Of a stretch of 37,821 nucleotides of DNA, positions 16,112-24,523 are shown one piece after another. The notes under the pieces are model-generated. The model made no database searches. It was given only the letters and a program-made list of their open reading frames with translations, and had not been told where the DNA came from. The stretch is from Thainema sp. (GTDB lineage Bacteria > Cyanobacteriota > Cyanobacteriia > Phormidesmidales > Phormidesmidaceae). The position numbers were made by a program, and so were the translations under genes. Location: contig JBQLZK010000067.1 in the NCBI GenBank assembly GCA_052168235.1, positions 1 to 37,821 on the forward strand. The letters are read 5' to 3'. Every line of letters starts with the position of its first letter. The stretch's first letter is position 1.

Positions 16112-16181
16112 TTAGCCATCAGAAATAATATAAACTTTAGAATAATAATCTAACAAGTTGTTTGGTGGAGATTAATAGATT

Positions 16182-16427
16182 ATGTCTTGCTTCACTGTAT
16201 ATTCTCTAGAGTTATTTCCATCTGCTGTCACAGGTCTAGCAGTTCAGCCTATTAGTTTGAAAGTGAGCGGACGTGTGAGCTACCGTGCATCTTCATGGCC
16301 TGCACGACTTTATCAAGTGAAAAAAGACTGTTTAGTCTACTCTGGACAAGCAGTTAAGATTGTTGGCAGAGAGGGAATTACACTTTTGATACAGCCATTG
16401 CAGGCAGATGTTGATCTCAATGAATGA
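16182..16427 (+). CDS. Small NfeD-like (OB-fold) protein
   Basis: GRVSYRASSWPAR..GQAVKIVGREGITLLIQP pattern; GGAG RBS. Confidence 0.8.
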   Translation: MSCFTVYSLELFPSAVTGLAVQPISLKVSGRVSYRASSWPARLYQVKKDCLVYSGQAVKIVGREGITLLIQPLQADVDLNE

Positions 16428-16546
16428 GAAATTTATGCATCAGGATGTTAGCTAAGCGAGATTTTTCATAAGGCCCCGTCTAGCTAATGCCTTAGAGCAC
16501 ATACGGTGAACAGTAGCCTGTAAATTTAAAGTGATTCTCAACTGTA

Positions 16547-17095
16547 CTAAAATGTTAGAGCTTTGATCGCACTTTCCATCTGCTCCTCCCCCACCTCCAG
16601 ATATCGCTGCAACGCCTGCAACGTCTTGTGCCCGGATATCCGCTGAATCACCCGCAGCGGAATCCCCTCGTTGTGCATCTTCGTGAGAGCCGTCCGTCGA
16701 AACGAGTGAGTCGATACTCCTTGCAGTCCAATGAGATCGCAAGCCTCTCGCAAAATCTGATCTGCTGCCCCTCTCGACATGTGACCAAGCCCGTGACGAC
16801 CTGGAAATAGATACCGCTTGTCACACGAATAGTTTGCTAGCCGCGATCGCAACTGGGGACTAACGGGTACCTGCCGCGTCGCCGACTTCCCCTTCGTGTT
16901 GGCTTTGCGAAACGTGATGCTATCCCCCGCAACATCATCCGGCGTCAATGATAGTGCTTCCGATATCCGGCAGCCGGTATAGAGGCAGATACTAAACAAC
17001 GTGCGATCGCGTTCCGATTGAAAGCCATCGCTAAGCAACTGATGAATCTCATCCGGCGTCAAAATTTTTGCTTGACCATGCCCATCCACTTTCAT
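16547..17095 (-). CDS. Small tyrosine recombinase (catalytic domain only), probable plasmid multimer resolvase
   Basis: YTGCRISE (R), TKGK (K), HSFRRT (HxxR), SGHKTLQALQRY (H, Y). Confidence 0.92.
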   Translation of the reverse strand: MKVDGHGQAKILTPDEIHQLLSDGFQSERDRTLFSICLYTGCRISEALSLTPDDVAGDSITFRKANTKGKSATRQVPVSPQLRSRLANYSCDKRYLFPGRHGLGHMSRGAADQILREACDLIGLQGVSTHSFRRTALTKMHNEGIPLRVIQRISGHKTLQALQRYLEVGEEQMESAIKALTF

Positions 17096-17159
17096 TGCGT
17101 AGCAACCAAAATTTCTCCAACTCTATGAACCGTGAGCCGAGCTCAACCTCACCCAATCC

Positions 17160-17189
17160 TACATGACGAAATTACCAATTCGTCATCTA
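17160..17189. other. Candidate tyrosine-recombinase core (res/dif-like) site
   Basis: TACATGACGAA-ATTACCAA-TTCGTCATCTA: 11-bp arms (1 mismatch) around an asymmetric 8-bp spacer, about 65 bp upstream of the resolvase gene. Confidence 0.55.
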
Positions 17190-17409
17190 AAGGGTTCAAA
17201 GTACGTAAATTCGTTGTTTGGAGTCAAAGAGTGGGATTCTAGAACGGCTTATTGAGAACGAGTACCCGCTATTGACAATAATTGTATAAAACCAGGTTAC
17301 ACAACAAATTACACTACGTCGTTTTTTAGATGCTCTTCACCTCAAGATCCTGAAGATGATAGGGGGGCTGGGCTGCTATTTGTTTCTTAATAACCGAGTA
17401 CGTCAAAGT

Positions 17410-17449
17410 ACAATTTCATGTTTTTGCGTACGCAAAAACATGAAATTGT
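17410..17449. repeat. Perfect 40-bp palindrome downstream of the par operon (candidate centromere)
   Basis: ACAATTTCATGTTTTTGCGT|ACGCAAAAACATGAAATTGT; shares the core TTTTGCGTACGCAAAA with 18590-18643. Confidence 0.85.
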
Positions 17450-17463
17450 GAATACTTGAGTTT

Positions 17464-17904
17464 TCAGTTACGCGATTTACTGGATTTACGTTTCTCCAAC
17501 CATTCTGCTAGCAAGGCTTCGACTAAATCGCTGACAGGTCTTGCTGTGCGTTCTCGTCTTTCTCTTCGCTCGGCTGCAAGCTCGTCTTGAACGGCAAGTA
17601 GTAAATCCAATGGAATATAGGCAGAGATCTGGGTATAGTCTGGATCACTGCGGCGGCCTGGGGGACGACCTCGTTTTCGAGCTGGTTTAGTTTGAGCTTG
17701 ATTTTGTTGAGTCGTTTTAGGCTGCTCAGATTCTACTGTTTGCGCAGGGACAGATTCTTCCCATCTCAGATTTTCATCTGTCTCTTCTTCTTTGTTGACT
17801 GACTGATCCTGCTCAATAACGGCTGCATTATCCGGTTCTTCCTGCCGTTGTTCTCGCAGAGCACGCAAGCTAGCAAAGCGGTTTCCTTTTTGAGCAGAGG
17901 ACAT
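17464..17904 (-). CDS. ParA partner, putative centromere-binding protein (type Ib-like, C-terminal RHH-like)
   Basis: Start overlaps the parA stop; disordered N-terminus; RKRGRPPGRRSDPDYTQISAYIP..VSDLVEALLAEWL. Confidence 0.78.
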   Translation of the reverse strand: MSSAQKGNRFASLRALREQRQEEPDNAAVIEQDQSVNKEEETDENLRWEESVPAQTVESEQPKTTQQNQAQTKPARKRGRPPGRRSDPDYTQISAYIPLDLLLAVQDELAAERRERRERTARPVSDLVEALLAEWLEKRKSSKSRN

Positions 17905-18494
17905 TATGCCAGCACCTCCTGTCCTAAAGTTTCATATCCTTCCCAGGCAACAGCAGCTCTTGGATCGGAGTAGTCTTTCACAATCACTCCTGTGAGCGGT
18001 GCTCGTTCAAAGGCAACTAATCGCCGAATCTCTGCATCGAAAACTGGAATTCCTTCTTGAGTGAGCAAGTCTCGGGCTTCTTTGCCTGCTTGACTCGGGG
18101 CAGGTGGCACGATCGTCAGCAGTACTTTGAAGTTGGTCTCCATTTTTTGCAAAACATCGACAGTACGTAGTAAAGCATCTAGATCGAGAGCCTTAGGAGT
18201 TGTTGGCAAAATCAGCAGATCGCAGGAGTCGGCTAGTTCCTCTAAATCTTCTTTAGTAGGCCGAGCTTGTGTGTCGATCACAATATGCTCAAACTGGCGA
18301 ATATATTTGGCCATCTGAACATCCGTGACGACCTTGAACGGGAGCTTATTTGGTGCAGCCCAGGTCATGGCGGAGCGATTTTGGTCTCCGTCTACGAGTA
18401 GCGTTGGTTTGTCTTCATTGAGATAAGCGGCTAGGTGTATGGCTGTCGTCGTTTTGCCCACTCCACCTTTGAAGCTTGCAACAGTCACGATCAT
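17904..18494 (-). CDS. parA: Short Walker-type partition ATPase
   Basis: Deviant Walker A KGGVGKTT, LVDGDQN, IVIDT; 196 aa with no N-terminal HTH (type Ib). Confidence 0.93.
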   Translation of the reverse strand: MIVTVASFKGGVGKTTTAIHLAAYLNEDKPTLLVDGDQNRSAMTWAAPNKLPFKVVTDVQMAKYIRQFEHIVIDTQARPTKEDLEELADSCDLLILPTTPKALDLDALLRTVDVLQKMETNFKVLLTIVPPAPSQAGKEARDLLTQEGIPVFDAEIRRLVAFERAPLTGVIVKDYSDPRAAVAWEGYETLGQEVLA

Positions 18495-18501
18495 AGGTTT
18501 T

Positions 18502-18643
18502 TCATTTCGGGTATACGCTTAATCAAAAATTCAGCTATTCAGCTATTTAAAATATCGAACTTTCACCTGTTTAAGTATTCAATTATGCAAAAAATCAAAA
18601 TTTCGGTATTTTGCGTACGCAAAATACCGAAATTTTGATTTTT
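18502..18643. repeat. Phased 8-bp repeat array ending in a perfect 54-bp palindrome (candidate centromere/operator)
   Basis: About 14 contiguous degenerate octamers nnwwTTCR (e.g. AAAATTCA GCTATTCA GCTATTTA AAATATCG AACTTTCA) at 18502-18613; palindrome 18590-18643 centred on GCGTACGC. Confidence 0.78.
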
Positions 18644-18649
18644 CAGGTA

Positions 18650-19045
18650 CTAGAAATTTAAACGCTGTCGCTCGGCAATCCGTTCATCGGTGTTGAGCTT
18701 GAGCAACTGAACGGTGGTGCGCCCTTCTGCGGTAGTGCCAACCAATTGGACATTATCTTGCAGCGTGAAATGCTCATCCCATTGTTGAGTGCGAGGGTTG
18801 AACAAAAAGCTGAACTCTTTGGTTTTGGGATCGAAGGAGCCAAGGTCGGAACCTTTATAGCGATTGCACCGCCAGCAGGCATAGGCCAGATTATCCGCTG
18901 TAGTGTCACCACCATGTTTACGAGCGATGATGTGGTCAACTTCATGAGGGTAGAAGCTGAGGTTGTCTGGGAGTCGGCAGTATTCGCAACGATGTCTCGC
19001 TCGATCTTCGACTTGGCGGCGGAGGACTTCGGAGATGTAGGTCAC
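18650..19045 (-). CDS. HNH endonuclease, putative toxin
   Basis: CEYC..HEVDHII..HGG..NLAYACWRCNRYKG. Confidence 0.9.
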   Translation of the reverse strand: MTYISEVLRRQVEDRARHRCEYCRLPDNLSFYPHEVDHIIARKHGGDTTADNLAYACWRCNRYKGSDLGSFDPKTKEFSFLFNPRTQQWDEHFTLQDNVQLVGTTAEGRTTVQLLKLNTDERIAERQRLNF

Positions 19046-19395
19046 GATTGGGAAGTAGCCGTGAGATAAGGCAAATTACCGGCTTTGAGCAGAACGATCA
19101 GATGTTCAATTCGCTCATATTCATCCAGTTCCTGAGATTCTTCAGGTGTGATCGTTTCGTCCGCGCTGCGAGTTAGGAGATATCGCAGACGATTTTGCAT
19201 CTCTGGGGTGGGCCGAAATGCCGAAACTTGCTCCGGGGTTGGCTGGCTGGCGAGGAAATCTAGAACGTAGCGATAGACCTGGGAAGAAAGAACAGACGGA
19301 TGTAAGCAGCGCCGCAGTAATTCCGGTAGCTGATCGACAATTGGAGCTAGCCGATCCATTAATTCATCAGGGATTTCGATAGTTAAGGTCGCCAT
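19042..19395 (-). CDS. Small protein coupled to the HNH gene, putative antitoxin
   Basis: N-terminal MATLTIEIPDEL (RHH-like strand-helix), acidic C-terminus, 4-nt overlap with the HNH gene, GGAGG RBS. Confidence 0.7.
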   Translation of the reverse strand: MATLTIEIPDELMDRLAPIVDQLPELLRRCLHPSVLSSQVYRYVLDFLASQPTPEQVSAFRPTPEMQNRLRYLLTRSADETITPEESQELDEYERIEHLIVLLKAGNLPYLTATSQS

Positions 19396-19643
19396 TCAAC
19401 TTTACCTCCTTGATTATTAAGGTATCCGACTGAGTACTTAAGTCATCTTTAGAGATCTTAAGTAAGAAATAAACACCATACCTTCCTTAGCTGGAGGGAA
19501 AAAGGTTATTGAGAGACAAAACCCTCTCCAGTGGAGAGGGCAGGAATCACGGAAAGCAACCTGATTCCAAGCTTTTGAGCTGAATAAATCCCCCAAGCGT
19601 CAGCCTGGGGGGAAAAGTGGAGCGGGATGTAAAAGCAAAAAAA

Positions 19644-19970
19644 CTAGCTGTCTAAGTTCTGATCACGAGCATCTTCAAAGCGATCAGTTAACTGATTCAG
19701 CGTTTCAATCCGCTCTTGCTCAAACCGATCCGACAGACTATTGAGGGTTTGAATGCGTTCCTGCTTGAACCGATCATTCAAGCTTTTGTTCAGCACCTCA
19801 TCGCGGGACTCGTCGAAGCGATCGGTGAGTTGATTCAGCGTCTCGATACGCTCGTTTTCAAAGCGGTCAGTCAGTTTGGTTTGGGTGGAGAGTTCAGCGG
19901 CACCGGCAGCGGGAGCAACAACAGCAGCAGCGATCGCAAGAATGGAGAGGTTAGCGAGTAGAGATTTCAT
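19644..19970 (-). CDS. Secreted small protein: signal peptide plus five 15-16 aa LxDRF repeats
   Basis: Sec signal MKSLLANLSILAIAAAVVAPAAGA; repeats LTDRFENERIETLNQ etc.; AAGGAGG RBS; downstream hairpins at about 19521-19541 and 19589-19613. Confidence 0.8.
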   Translation of the reverse strand: MKSLLANLSILAIAAAVVAPAAGAAELSTQTKLTDRFENERIETLNQLTDRFDESRDEVLNKSLNDRFKQERIQTLNSLSDRFEQERIETLNQLTDRFEDARDQNLDS

Positions 19971-20037
19971 AGTGGGGCCTCCTTGGGCGGAATCAGTGGA
20001 TTTGCTTTCCTTTGATTTCTATAGTGCGAGGCTAGCC

Positions 20038-20085
20038 TGAACCTGCTCTGAGCTGGATCTGAAGATGGCTTAAGGGTTAGATGAG
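20038..20085 (-). promoter_or_regulatory. 11-bp-phased direct repeats upstream of the secreted repeat protein (OmpR-family-like site)
   Basis: TGAA/TGAG/TGAA/TAAG/TGAG at 20038, 20049, 20060, 20071 and 20082. Confidence 0.4.
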
Positions 20086-20219
20086 AAGTCTGAGCCGTGT
20101 TCTCAGATGAGATTTAGAATCTGCGATCGCAACTAAAACGTTCACAGCTTAGATGAAATGACAACGCTCTCTACGGGAATTCTGAAGATGTAATCCTCTA
20201 TCATGACTGGAGATTAGGC

Positions 20220-20576
20220 GTGGACGAGTTTGTCAGCAAAGCAGCGGGTATTGGCCTACCTGTCGTCGTTTTACTCATCACAATGTCAACTACAGGGTTA
20301 GTTGGAGCAGCCGCTATCACAGCATCGCTCGCTTTGCTCGGCCCAGGAGGCATGATCGGAGGCGTTATCCTGCTCGGAATTGTAGGTCTAGCAGCAGATA
20401 TGCTGACCAAGTTTGGGTTAGAAGCGCTTTTAGTTGCGATTTACCAAGAACGCAGTAGAAGAGGTGAATCGTCTGAGAAGCTACATCGAGAAATTAGCAA
20501 ATTACCTCTTTCCAAAAGTTTGAAACGGGCTCTGCACGACGCGCTTAATTCAATGGTCAGGAAATACGGTTCCTAG
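20220..20576 (+). CDS. Small Gly-rich membrane protein
   Basis: GGAG RBS and GTG start; hydrophobic GLVGAAAITASLALLGPGGMIGGVILLG. Confidence 0.7.
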   Translation: MDEFVSKAAGIGLPVVVLLITMSTTGLVGAAAITASLALLGPGGMIGGVILLGIVGLAADMLTKFGLEALLVAIYQERSRRGESSEKLHREISKLPLSKSLKRALHDALNSMVRKYGS

Positions 20577-20750
20577 ATCTGTTTGCAAGCGGAACGACCG
20601 TTCCGCTGTTTGATTAGATGTGGAGTCTATTCAGCCTGATTGGTCGATTGGGCTGAACCTTCGTGTGAAGCGTTCCAACACATTCAGGCTGAAATCCTTG
20701 CAAGCACTGGGAGATTGGACATATCCTAAAACTCCCCCTTCTGTTACGGA

Positions 20751-22394
20751 ATGCCTTACATGCCTAAGACGAAAGCCAAGGCCCAGAACAACGAGTCACT
20801 GGAGCAGAAGCTCTGGAAGGCGGCGGATAAGCTGCGGAAGAACATCGACGCTGCCGAGTATAAACACATTGTGTTGGGGCTGATCTTCCTGAAGTACATC
20901 TCCGATGCCTTTGAGCTGTTGCACGAGAAGCTGGTGGCCGGAGAGGGAGAATACGAGGGAGCCGATCCGGAAGATCCGGATGAGTACAAGGCAGAGAATG
21001 TCTTTTTTGTGCCGGAGGTGGCGCGGTGGTCGGCATTGCAGGCGCAGGCGAAGCAGCCGACGATCGGGCAGTTGGTGGATGAGGCGATGGAGGCGATCGA
21101 GCAGGCAAACCCCAAGGCGCTTAAGGGGATTTTGCCGAAGGTGTACGGGCAGCAGAAGCTAGACCCGACCTCGCTAGGGGGACTGATCGACATGATCGGT
21201 AGCATCAACCTGGCGAAGGCGAAGGAGGAATCAAACGGGCAGATTAAGCTGGAGACGGAGCCGACGGAACCTCGGACGGAGCCGCGACAGGCGGACTTAT
21301 TGGGGCAGGTGTATGAGTACTTCCTGGGGGAGTTTGCCTTAGCAGAGGGAAAGAAGGGGGGCCAGTTCTACACGCCGGAAAGCGTGGTGCGGGTGCTGGT
21401 GGAGATGCTGGAGCCGTACCAGGGGCGGGTGTTTGACCCGTGCTGTGGGTCAGGGGGCATGTTCGTTCAGAGTGAGAAGTTTGTCAGCCATCACCAGGGG
21501 CGGCTGGATGATATTTCGATTTACGGGCAGGAGAGCAACGAGACCACCTACAAGCTGTGCCGGATGAACCTGGCGATTCGGGGGATTGATGGCTCGAATA
21601 TTCGCTGGAACCCGGAGGGATCGTTTTTGAATGATGCCCACAAGGATTTGAAGGCGGACTTTGTGATCGCGAATCCGCCGTTTAATGACAGCGACTGGGG
21701 CGGCGATCTGCTGCGAAAGGATGGCCGCTGGCAGTATGGGGTGCCGCCGGTGGGCAATGCCAACTTTGGCTGGGTGCAGCACTTCTTGTATCACCTGGCT
21801 CCGACGGGGGCGGCGGGGTTTGTGTTGTCGAATGGGTCGCTGTCGTCGAATACGGGGGGCGAGGGGGAAATTCGTCAGGCGCTGGTGGAGGCGGATTTGG
21901 TGGACTGCATTGTGATGCTGCCGACGCAGTTGTTTTACAACACGGGGATTCCGGCCTGTCTGTGGTTTTTGAGTCGGTATAAGAACGGCAATAAGAACCG
22001 GAACCGCAAGGGGGAGGTGTTGTTTATTGATGCCTCGGAGCTGGGCTATATGGTCAACCGCCGCAATCGGGCGTTTGCGGAGGAGGACATTCAGCAGATT
22101 GCGGGCACGTACCACGAGTGGAAGCGAGACGGTGGCGACTATGAAGACATCAAGGGGTTTTGTAAGTCGGCGACGCTGGCGGAGATTAAGAAGCACAATT
22201 TTGTGCTGACGCCGGGGCGCTATGTGGGCATTCCGGATGAGGAGGATGACGGAATACCGTTTGAGGACAAGATGAGTGATTTGGTGATGACGCTGGGAGA
22301 ACAGATGGCAGAGAGTCGCCAGTTGGATGAGGAAATCAAGCGACAATTACTCAAAGTAGGCTTTGTTGTCAGTGATGAGTTACCAAATGAATAA
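20751..22394 (+). CDS. hsdM: Type I R-M methyltransferase subunit (start 20751 or 20760)
   Basis: [23 protein letters not shown] (motif I), ANPPFN (motif IV). Confidence 0.96.
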   Translation: MPYMPKTKAKAQNNESLEQKLWKAADKLRKNIDAAEYKHIVLGLIFLKYISDAFELLHEKLVAGEGEYEGADPEDPDEYKAENVFFVPEVARWSALQAQAKQPTIGQLVDEAMEAIEQANPKALKGILPKVYGQQKLDPTSLGGLIDMIGSINLAKAKEESNGQIKLETEPTEPRTEPRQADLLGQVYEYFLGEFALAEGKKGGQFYTPESVVRVLVEMLEPYQGRVFDPCCGSGGMFVQSEKFVSHHQGRLDDISIYGQESNETTYKLCRMNLAIRGIDGSNIRWNPEGSFLNDAHKDLKADFVIANPPFNDSDWGGDLLRKDGRWQYGVPPVGNANFGWVQHFLYHLAPTGAAGFVLSNGSLSSNTGGEGEIRQALVEADLVDCIVMLPTQLFYNTGIPACLWFLSRYKNGNKNRNRKGEVLFIDASELGYMVNRRNRAFAEEDIQQIAGTYHEWKRDGGDYEDIKGFCKSATLAEIKKHNFVLTPGRYVGIPDEEDDGIPFEDKMSDLVMTLGEQMAESRQLDEEIKRQLLKVGFVVSDELPNE

Positions 22395-22425
22395 AGGGTG
22401 CTAGATGATATACGGAGGTGGAACC

Positions 22426-22665
22426 ATGACGTTACAGGAAATTCTTCAGGCGGTGGATGAGCTATCGGTAGATGAGCAAGCATCGCTTTTAAATGCGCTC
22501 CAGGAGAAGCTGACGCAAGCTTCTCAATCTGGCTTAAATGGGGAAACGTTTTGGAAAATGACCTTACGGTTTCGAGAACGGATGGAACGAGAAGGCATCG
22601 AATTCACTGATGAGGACTTTGCTAATTTGCGCGATCGCAGTCCGGGACGGGAGGTTGTGCTTTGA
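22426..22665 (+). CDS. vapB: Putative antitoxin of the PIN toxin
   Basis: GGAGG RBS, 79 aa, C-terminal LRDRSPGREV, 4-nt overlap with the PIN gene. Confidence 0.72.
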   Translation: MTLQEILQAVDELSVDEQASLLNALQEKLTQASQSGLNGETFWKMTLRFRERMEREGIEFTDEDFANLRDRSPGREVVL

Positions 22666-23090
22666 CAGCACTATTTCTCTTGGATACTAATATCATTTCT
22701 GAAATCAATAAGAAGGCTCCCAACGACTCTGTAGTTGCAAAGATGGATTTGTATGAGGGCAAAGTTGCAACTGCATCTGTTGTTGTGCACGAGTTGCTTT
22801 ATGGTGTGTTGCGGATGCCGCCTGAATCAGCAAAACGGAGGTTTTTGTTGGACTATCTAACTGAATTGCCATCAAAGTTGACTGTTTTGGACTATGACTT
22901 AGACGCTGCCCGCTGGCACGCGGAAGAACGGGCAAGGCTGTCTAAGATTGGCAAAACACCTGCATTTGTGGATGGTCAAATTGCTAGCATTGCGGTTTGC
23001 AACGGGTTGAGGCTAGTGACTCGTAATGGGGCAGATTTTCAGGACTTTGAAGGTCTGACCATTGCAAACTGGTTTGAAGAAGAGAGTTGA
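22662..23090 (+). CDS. vapC: PIN-domain ribonuclease toxin
   Basis: LLDTNIISE, ELLYG, DGQIASIA, LVTRN..DF. Confidence 0.93.
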   Translation: MTALFLLDTNIISEINKKAPNDSVVAKMDLYEGKVATASVVVHELLYGVLRMPPESAKRRFLLDYLTELPSKLTVLDYDLDAARWHAEERARLSKIGKTPAFVDGQIASIAVCNGLRLVTRNGADFQDFEGLTIANWFEEES

Positions 23091-23092
23091 TC

Positions 23093-23182
23093 ATGTCGAA
23101 GATGGCGGCGCAGAGGTCGGAGGCAGAGGCGCTGGACAAAGAGGTTAAGGCGCAGTTGGCGAAGGTGGGGTTTGAGGTATGA
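23093..23182 (+). pseudogene. Relic second copy of the hsdM 3' end
   Basis: MSKMAAQRSEAEALDKEVKAQLAKVGFEV aligns to the HsdM tail [27 protein letters not shown]; its stop overlaps the hsdS start (ATGA). Confidence 0.75.
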
Positions 23183-24486
23183 GTGATGAGCCAACTAAGT
23201 ATTCACCGCTAGGCATATTGCCCCATGATTGGGATGTTAAGCCACTCAAAAGTTTATGTACAAAAATTGGTTCTGGAGCAACACCTAGAGGCGGTAAAGA
23301 TGTTTATCTAGACGAGCGAGTTTCTCATGCATTAATCCGTAGTCAACATGTTTTCGATCATTATTTTGACGAAACAGGCTTAGTTTATATATCTGAAGAA
23401 CACGTCCAAGAGCTGAGAAACGTTGAGGTTCAATCACAAGACTTACTGTTAAATATTACAGGTGACGGTATTACATTTTCTCGCGCTTGTATGGTGCCGG
23501 ATAGAATTCTACCTGCATGTGTGAATCAGCACGTTTCAATAATCCGCACAGATCCAAATATTTGTCTTCCAGGATATTTGTTAGGGTACCTGACTCTTCC
23601 GGGAATTAAGACATATATCGAGTCTTTCAATTCTGGGGGAAGTCGGCGAGCTATCACTAAAGGCAATATTGAATCATTCGAGATACCCTTGCCTCCTCTG
23701 AATGTTCAGAAAGAGATTGCTCAAACAATACAAAGCCTGAATAGCAAAATCGAAAACCTGTGCCGCCAGAACGAGACGCTAGATGCGATCGCACATTCTC
23801 TCTTCAAACATTGGTTCGTCGATTTCGAGTTCCCCAACGCCGACGGCAAGCCCTACAAGTCATCTGGTGGGGAGATGGAACCGTCAGAGATAGGCGAAAT
23901 CCCCACAGGCTGGCATGTTGGCAACTTAGGCGATGTCGTCAAAGTCAATGCTGAAAGTATCAGTAAAGGCTTTACACACAAAGAGATTGAGTATGTAGAT
24001 ATTTCTTCTGTAGGAGTTGGAGTTCTGGAAGGCACTACTTCCTATCAACTCAAAAAGGCTCCTAGTCGAGCAAGAAGGCTAGTCAAGCATGGTGATGTAA
24101 TTTGGTCAGGGGTCAGACCTAATCGGAAATCTTATCTCTTTATTTCCCATCCCCCAGACCATCTAGTTGTTTCAACTGGATTTATAACTTTGACACCGGA
24201 TTTAATTCCCTCGTCTTATTTATACAGTTGGGTAACAACTGATTCTTTTGTGGAGTATTTGACCTTTAATGCTTCTGGCAGTGCATACCCAGCGGTAAAA
24301 GCAGAACATTTTGAAATTGCAGCAATTTTGCTGCCTGATAAATTCACGTTGAGCAGATTTCATGTACTTGTCGATCCAATGCGCGAGAAGATTCACCAAA
24401 ATTCACGGCAAGTTCAAATCCTGACTCAAACCCGCGATGTGCTTCTCCCTAAACTCATGAGCGGCAAACTCCGCATCAAATCATAA
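23179..24486 (+). CDS. hsdS: Type I R-M specificity subunit
   Basis: Two TRDs; IPLPPLNVQKEIA; SLFKHWFVDF; GEIPTGW; RDVLLPKLMSG. Confidence 0.95.
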   Translation: MSDEPTKYSPLGILPHDWDVKPLKSLCTKIGSGATPRGGKDVYLDERVSHALIRSQHVFDHYFDETGLVYISEEHVQELRNVEVQSQDLLLNITGDGITFSRACMVPDRILPACVNQHVSIIRTDPNICLPGYLLGYLTLPGIKTYIESFNSGGSRRAITKGNIESFEIPLPPLNVQKEIAQTIQSLNSKIENLCRQNETLDAIAHSLFKHWFVDFEFPNADGKPYKSSGGEMEPSEIGEIPTGWHVGNLGDVVKVNAESISKGFTHKEIEYVDISSVGVGVLEGTTSYQLKKAPSRARRLVKHGDVIWSGVRPNRKSYLFISHPPDHLVVSTGFITLTPDLIPSSYLYSWVTTDSFVEYLTFNASGSAYPAVKAEHFEIAAILLPDKFTLSRFHVLVDPMREKIHQNSRQVQILTQTRDVLLPKLMSGKLRIKS

Positions 24487-24523
24487 TCGTTTTTGGCTTT
24501 AAATACTCTCTATCTGCACTTTC

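Noticed and set aside
21254..21290. Short tandem repeat in hsdM ([11 protein letters not shown]) as a phase-variation tract
   Set aside because: Imperfect in-frame 9-12 nt units in a variable loop; slippage would not shift the frame.
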